The notes below the pieces were generated by a model. The model did no database searches. It saw nothing but the letters and a program-made list of their open reading frames with translations, and was not told the origin of the DNA. From contig JAYTHE010000043.1 of NCBI GenBank assembly GCA_043732705.1, positions 9,067-73,066 of the forward strand: 64,000 nucleotides of DNA, read 5' to 3'. Position numbers and translations under genes: made by a program. Numbering within the stretch: position 1 is the stretch's first letter; every line of letters starts with the position of its first letter. Positions 59,507-64,000 of this stretch are shown in pieces. Source of the stretch: Candidatus Omnitrophota bacterium (GTDB lineage: Bacteria > Omnitrophota > Omnitrophia > Omnitrophales > Aquincolibacteriaceae).

Positions 59507-60655
59507 ATGACACCAGTTACAGCAAACGACAAAGCGGAATTCGCCAAAGGCCTCGAAGGCATTATTGCTGGCGAAACATCCCTTTCACTCGTTGACGGCA
59601 AGAATAGCCAGCTCTATTACCGCGGCATCTCAATCGAACAATTCGTCGGTAAATCCTCTTTTGAAGAAGTTGTTTTTTTACTTTGGAATCTGCGCCTGCC
59701 GCGCAAAGATGAACTCGAAAAATTTAAAGCCGAACTTGCAGTTCACCGCGAAATTCCGGCCGCTATGTATGATTGGCTCGCGAATGTCCCCAAAAAAGCG
59801 CATCCGATGGGTGTTTTGCGCAGTGCCGTTTCACAGCTGGGCCTGCTCGACGTTAATGCCGACAAAATCGACAACACCAATTTACGCCGCATTGCCCTCG
59901 AATTAACCGCGCAAATCCCGACAATCGTTGCGGCCTTCAGCCGTTTACGCGACGGCAAAGCGCCAATCCATCCCGACTTAAAACTTTCGCATGCCGGAAA
60001 TTTTCTCTATATGTTGAACGGCGTTAAACCCGCGCCCCAAATGGAAAATGCGCTCGACACTTATCTTGTGCTGCTCGCGGATCACGGCTTCAATGCTTCG
60101 ACATTTGCCGCGCGCGTTACCGTCGCGACTTTGTCCGATATGTATTCCGGAATCGTGGCCGGCGTCGGCTGCTTGAAAGGCGATTTGCATGGCTCCGCGG
60201 TTCAAAACGTGATGGAAATGTTTCTTGAAATCGGTACGCCTGAAAAAGCGGAAGACTATGTCAAAGAAGCTTTCGCGCATAAAAAGAAAATTATGGGTTT
60301 CGGCCATCGTGTTTATAAAGACGTTGATCCGCGCGCGACCGCTTTCCGCAGCGTTGCCGAGGCAATTTCGAATGTGAAGGGCGGCGAAAAGAAGTGGGTG
60401 CAAATGGCGGCCAATATTGAAAAAGCCGTACACGCGATTAAAAAAATTCCGTGCAACGTCGATTTCTTTTCTTCTTACGTTTTATACACCGTCGGCTTTC
60501 CGATTGATTTTTTTACGACCGTTTTCGCCGCGAGCCGCGTCTCCGGATGGACCGCGCATGTTATCGAACAACTTTCGAATAATCGTTTGATTCGCCCCGA
60601 AGCCATTTATACCGGCCCGACGAACGAAACCTATATACCCATAGAGCGGCGTTAA
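59507..60655 (+). CDS. Citrate synthase (type I / 2-methylcitrate synthase family)
   Basis: KGLEG, ADHGFNASTF, GDLHG, MGFGHRVYK..DPR, NVDF, LIRP. Confidence 0.95.
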   Translation: MTPVTANDKAEFAKGLEGIIAGETSLSLVDGKNSQLYYRGISIEQFVGKSSFEEVVFLLWNLRLPRKDELEKFKAELAVHREIPAAMYDWLANVPKKAHPMGVLRSAVSQLGLLDVNADKIDNTNLRRIALELTAQIPTIVAAFSRLRDGKAPIHPDLKLSHAGNFLYMLNGVKPAPQMENALDTYLVLLADHGFNASTFAARVTVATLSDMYSGIVAGVGCLKGDLHGSAVQNVMEMFLEIGTPEKAEDYVKEAFAHKKKIMGFGHRVYKDVDPRATAFRSVAEAISNVKGGEKKWVQMAANIEKAVHAIKKIPCNVDFFSSYVLYTVGFPIDFFTTVFAASRVSGWTAHVIEQLSNNRLIRPEAIYTGPTNETYIPIERR

Positions 60656-60700
60656 AATGTGGTGCTCGATAAAGCTCTCACCACGAAACGATAATAAATA

Positions 60701-61891
60701 ATGAATATTCACGAGTACCAAGCCAAAGGGATTTTTAAAAAGTACGGCATTCCCACGAATCCCGGCCGTTTCGCAACCACTCCTGACGAAGTTTACGAAG
60801 CGGCTAAAGCGCTTTATAAGCCCGGCGAAATTATTGCGACCAAAGCCCAGGTCCATGCGGGCGCGCGCGGTAAAGGCGGCGGTATCAAGATCGCGAAAAA
60901 TCCCGAAGAGTCCAAAGCTTTCGCTCAAAAAATTCTCGGTACGAATTTAGTGACGCCGCAAACCGGTCCCGAAGGCAAACCGGTCAACTCCATTTGGCTT
61001 GAATCCTCCGTCGGCATCAAAAAAGAATTTTATGTCGGTATCGTTCTCGACCGCGGCGCCTGCAAGCCAAGCATGATCGTTTCAAACGCGGGCGGCATGG
61101 ACATTGAAGAAGTTGCCGAAAAACATCCTGAAAAAATGATCCGCCAGCTTTTCTCGGTTGAGAAAGGCATGACACCGGCCGAAGCCGCCGAGCTCGCTGC
61201 GAAAGTTGAAACCGATGACAATATTAAGACGCAGCTTGCCAGTGTTTTTTCTAAGCTTTCGATGATCTTTATCGAAAACGACGTATCTTTGATCGAAATC
61301 AATCCGCTGGCTGTTATGGACGACGGGCTTTTGATTGCAATCGACGCTAAAATCAATTTTGACGACAACGCTCTTTTCCGTCATCCGGAAATCGCCGCGA
61401 TGTATGACCCGAGCCAGGACGATGCCCGCGAAGTTGAAGCGAAAAAATTTGATCTGAGTTATGTCGGCCTCGACGGCGAAATCGGCTGTGTTGTGAACGG
61501 CGCTGGCCTCGCGATGGCGACGATGGATATCATAAAATATGAAGGCGCGGAACCCGCGAATTTTCTCGATGTGGGCGGCGGAGCTAGTCAGGAAAAAGTT
61601 GCCGCGGCGTTTAATATTCTTTTGAGCGATAAGCGCGTGAAAGCGATTTTGATTAATATTTTTGGCGGAATCATGCGCTGCGATGTGCTTGCGAACGGAA
61701 TTTTACAAGCCGTGCAAAGTTTATCGCCCGAACGTCGCAAACAGCTCGATAATACGCCGATTGTGGTGCGTCTCGAAGGCACCAATGCCAAAGAAGGCCG
61801 TGAAATTTTAGCCAAATCAAACATCAAACTTTTTTCTGTTTCTGATTTTAAAGAAGCAGCTGAAAAAGTAGTCGCCGAATTAAAGAAGTAA
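60701..61891 (+). CDS. sucC: Succinyl-CoA ligase beta subunit
   Basis: MNIHEYQAK, RGKGGG, EINPL, NGAGLAMATMD, NFLDVGGG. Confidence 0.97.
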   Translation: MNIHEYQAKGIFKKYGIPTNPGRFATTPDEVYEAAKALYKPGEIIATKAQVHAGARGKGGGIKIAKNPEESKAFAQKILGTNLVTPQTGPEGKPVNSIWLESSVGIKKEFYVGIVLDRGACKPSMIVSNAGGMDIEEVAEKHPEKMIRQLFSVEKGMTPAEAAELAAKVETDDNIKTQLASVFSKLSMIFIENDVSLIEINPLAVMDDGLLIAIDAKINFDDNALFRHPEIAAMYDPSQDDAREVEAKKFDLSYVGLDGEIGCVVNGAGLAMATMDIIKYEGAEPANFLDVGGGASQEKVAAAFNILLSDKRVKAILINIFGGIMRCDVLANGILQAVQSLSPERRKQLDNTPIVVRLEGTNAKEGREILAKSNIKLFSVSDFKEAAEKVVAELKK

Positions 61892-61939
61892 CCGCGGTTG
61901 CGCTAAGAAAAAAATAAAGCGGCGCAGAGCAAAAAAAAT

Positions 61940-62842
61940 ATGAGCATATTAGTTAACAAAAATACAAAAGTTTTGGTTCAGGGCATCACCGGCACGCACG
62001 GCGCTTTTCATGCCGAAAAAATGATCGAATACGGCACCAAGATTGTCGGCGGGGTGACTCCGGGCAAGGGCGGACAAACCGCGGTGGGCGGTGTTCCGGT
62101 TTTTAATACCGTGAAAGAAGGCCGTGAAAAAACCGGTGCTAACGCGACTATCATTTATGTTCCCGCTAAATTCGCGGTCGCCGCGATTCAAGAAGCGGCA
62201 GACGCTGGCATTGAACTTGTGATTTGTATTACTGAAGGTATTCCCGCGCTCGATATGGCGAAAATCAAACCGACGCTTGCCGCAAAAGGCGTGCGGTTAA
62301 TCGGGCCGAATTGCCCGGGGCTCATTACACCTGGTGAATGCAAGGTCGGAATCATGCCCGGCTACATTCATAAAAAAGGCCCTGTTGGCGTGGTTTCACG
62401 CAGCGGTACTTTAACTTATGAAGCGGTTTGGCAGCTCACAGGTCTCGGTATTGGACAATCCACTTGCGTTGGTATCGGTGGCGACCCGATTATCGGAACG
62501 AACTTTGTGGATGTGCTCGATCTTTTCAACAAAGACCCTGAAACCGAAGCCATTGTTATGATTGGTGAAATCGGCGGTAGTGCGGAAGAAGAAGCCGCTG
62601 CCTTCATCAAAAAAAATGTTAAAAAACCCGTGATCAGTTTTATTGCCGGTGCTACCGCGCCGAAGGGTAAACGCATGGGTCATGCCGGAGCGATTATTTC
62701 CGGCGGTTCGGGCAAAGCCGAAGACAAAATCGCATGCCTTAAAGCCGCAGGAGTTTTTATCGCGCCGTCGCCCGCATTGATTGGAAAAACGGTCCAAGAG
62801 GCGATGGCAAGATCGAAGAGTTTTGCGCCTCATGCAAAATAA
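61940..62842 (+). CDS. sucD: Succinyl-CoA ligase alpha subunit
   Basis: [36 protein letters not shown]. Confidence 0.97.
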   Translation: MSILVNKNTKVLVQGITGTHGAFHAEKMIEYGTKIVGGVTPGKGGQTAVGGVPVFNTVKEGREKTGANATIIYVPAKFAVAAIQEAADAGIELVICITEGIPALDMAKIKPTLAAKGVRLIGPNCPGLITPGECKVGIMPGYIHKKGPVGVVSRSGTLTYEAVWQLTGLGIGQSTCVGIGGDPIIGTNFVDVLDLFNKDPETEAIVMIGEIGGSAEEEAAAFIKKNVKKPVISFIAGATAPKGKRMGHAGAIISGGSGKAEDKIACLKAAGVFIAPSPALIGKTVQEAMARSKSFAPHAK

Positions 62843-62844
62843 AT

Positions 62845-62967
62845 TCAGCGCGAGAGATTTTGGTTCGAGCCCGAGCCTGCCTGCCGGCAGGCAGGGAACG
62901 AGGAGCGACGCGTATCGCGGAAAAATACGCGAGCGACGAGAGACGAAGGATTCGGGGCAAAAGCTCC
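62845..62967. repeat. Palindromic intergenic element with nested CCTGCCTGCCGGCAGGCAGG palindrome (62876-62895)
   Basis: Perfect 20-nt palindrome inside a larger imperfect hairpin containing GCGTAT..ATACGC. Confidence 0.7.
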
Positions 62968-62976
62968 GTGATGAAC

Positions 62977-64000
62977 ATGAGTGAAAACTTTGATCATGCT
63001 TATGATGAGTATTTGAAAGTAAAACCCGCCGAAGCCCAAAAATCGCTCAATTCTTTCCAGAAAAAAATCGCCGCCTCCGAACTCAAATACGGCAAAAATA
63101 CGATCCCGACATTTTTCAAACCTGTTTTTCTGACCGCGCGCCAAACGCATCTCGTGAAACGCGTCACCGCCGCGATGCAGCAGGTAGTAAACACCGCCAT
63201 CCGCATTTATTTTGAAGACAACCGCTTCGCGCGTTATTTCCGTTTTACGCCCGAAGTCGAAGAGCTGATTAAAATCGATCCCGGATATTCACCCGCGGTA
63301 ATTTTCGCGCGCTTTGACGGCATTCTCGAGGGCGGCCGTTTGAAATTTACCGAATTCAACTGCGATTCGCCGGTGGGCGCGGCTTATTCCACTTTGCTTT
63401 CCGACACCTTGCTTTCTGAACCCTTCTTTAAAACCTTCACCGAAGAAAACACGCTCGAGTCCTTTCGCCCGGCCGATGATATTTTGAACGCGCTTCTCGG
63501 AGTTTATGAAGATTTCGGCGGTTTTGAAACGCCGACGATCGCGATCATGGACTGGAAAAATGTGCGCACGCGCTCCGAATTTGTCATGCTGCAAAAACGT
63601 TTTGAAGAACGCGGCTATCGCACTTTGATTGTCGATCCCCGCGAACTTTCTTTTAAAGGCGGCAAACTTTATTCCAAAGATACGCGCATTCATTTGATTT
63701 ACCGCCGCGCGCTGGTGGAAGAGCTCGCTTTGCATCGTGATGAAATTCAGGATTTTTTGAACGCTTATAAAGAACGCGCGGTATGCGTGGTTAATCCGCT
63801 GCGTTCCGCCATCGGCAGCCACAAAGGCATGCTTTCGATTTTGACGCACCCTTATTTCGATTCTTTTTTTACGCAGTCCGAAAATCAAATCAAGCATGAG
63901 CATTTACCCTGGACGCGCCAGGTTCTCGACGCCGAAGATTTTTTTGGCCATCAGAAAATGTATCTTGTGGACTTTTTAAAAGACGAAAAAGATTCGCTGG
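62977..64000 (+). CDS. Circularly permuted ATP-grasp / glutathionylspermidine synthase-like protein (runs off the window)
   Basis: Manual translation: MSENFDHAY...IDPGY...ARFDG...FTEFNCDSPVG...LIYRR...VNP..SAIGSHKG; absent from the ORF track because no stop codon lies in the window. Confidence 0.8.
   Translation, partial: MSENFDHAYDEYLKVKPAEAQKSLNSFQKKIAASELKYGKNTIPTFFKPVFLTARQTHLVKRVTAAMQQVVNTAIRIYFEDNRFARYFRFTPEVEELIKIDPGYSPAVIFARFDGILEGGRLKFTEFNCDSPVGAAYSTLLSDTLLSEPFFKTFTEENTLESFRPADDILNALLGVYEDFGGFETPTIAIMDWKNVRTRSEFVMLQKRFEERGYRTLIVDPRELSFKGGKLYSKDTRIHLIYRRALVEELALHRDEIQDFLNAYKERAVCVVNPLRSAIGSHKGMLSILTHPYFDSFFTQSENQIKHEHLPWTRQVLDAEDFFGHQKMYLVDFLKDEKDSL

Noticed and set aside
63565-63590. 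CGCTCCGAA (RSEFV) in the last gene as another junction motif
   Set aside because: Single copy, lacks the final Arg and lies within an enzyme domain; probably chance
63289-63903. 204-aa minus-strand ORF
   Set aside because: Antisense shadow of the + strand ATP-grasp-like gene
1-64000. tRNA, rRNA or transposase genes
   Set aside because: No cloverleaf with T-loop and acceptor stem, rRNA-like tract, or DDE/HUH transposase ORF was recognised by eye

Overview
Bacterial chromosomal window. Gene content and the giant gene suggest Omnitrophota/PVC, but that is inference only. Most of it is housekeeping: rlmN, ychF, cysE, a pilin, RNase HI, a cytochrome c/heme A/Cox assembly cluster, pepA, RsmB- and TrmJ-family methylases, pyrE, mutY, mutM, an Uup-like ABC-F protein, prfC, suhB and a TCA-cycle cluster (isocitrate dehydrogenase, mdh, acnA, citrate synthase, sucCD). 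Two things stand out. (1) A 15.2 kb, 5061-aa signal-peptide-bearing ORF is built like a polyprotein. An N-terminal domain with a ChaN/EreA/TIKI-like motif pattern is followed by unrelated cargo modules (membrane modules, a GH13 amylase-like domain, a Hanks-type kinase, a sigma70-region-4-like HTH). Thirteen copies of an R-S-E-[M/A/I/F/L]-R pentapeptide fall at the module borders and cluster at both ends. (2) The intergenic DNA, and several genes, carry at least five families of small structured repeats. These include an 8-copy, ~250-nt element with compensatory base changes and near-constant length, a ~12-copy CGGTTG-stem-CAGAG hairpin, and a heptamer-built palindrome, one copy of which encloses a four-helix-bundle gene. 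No rRNA, tRNA, CRISPR array or transposase was seen. All alignments were done by eye.
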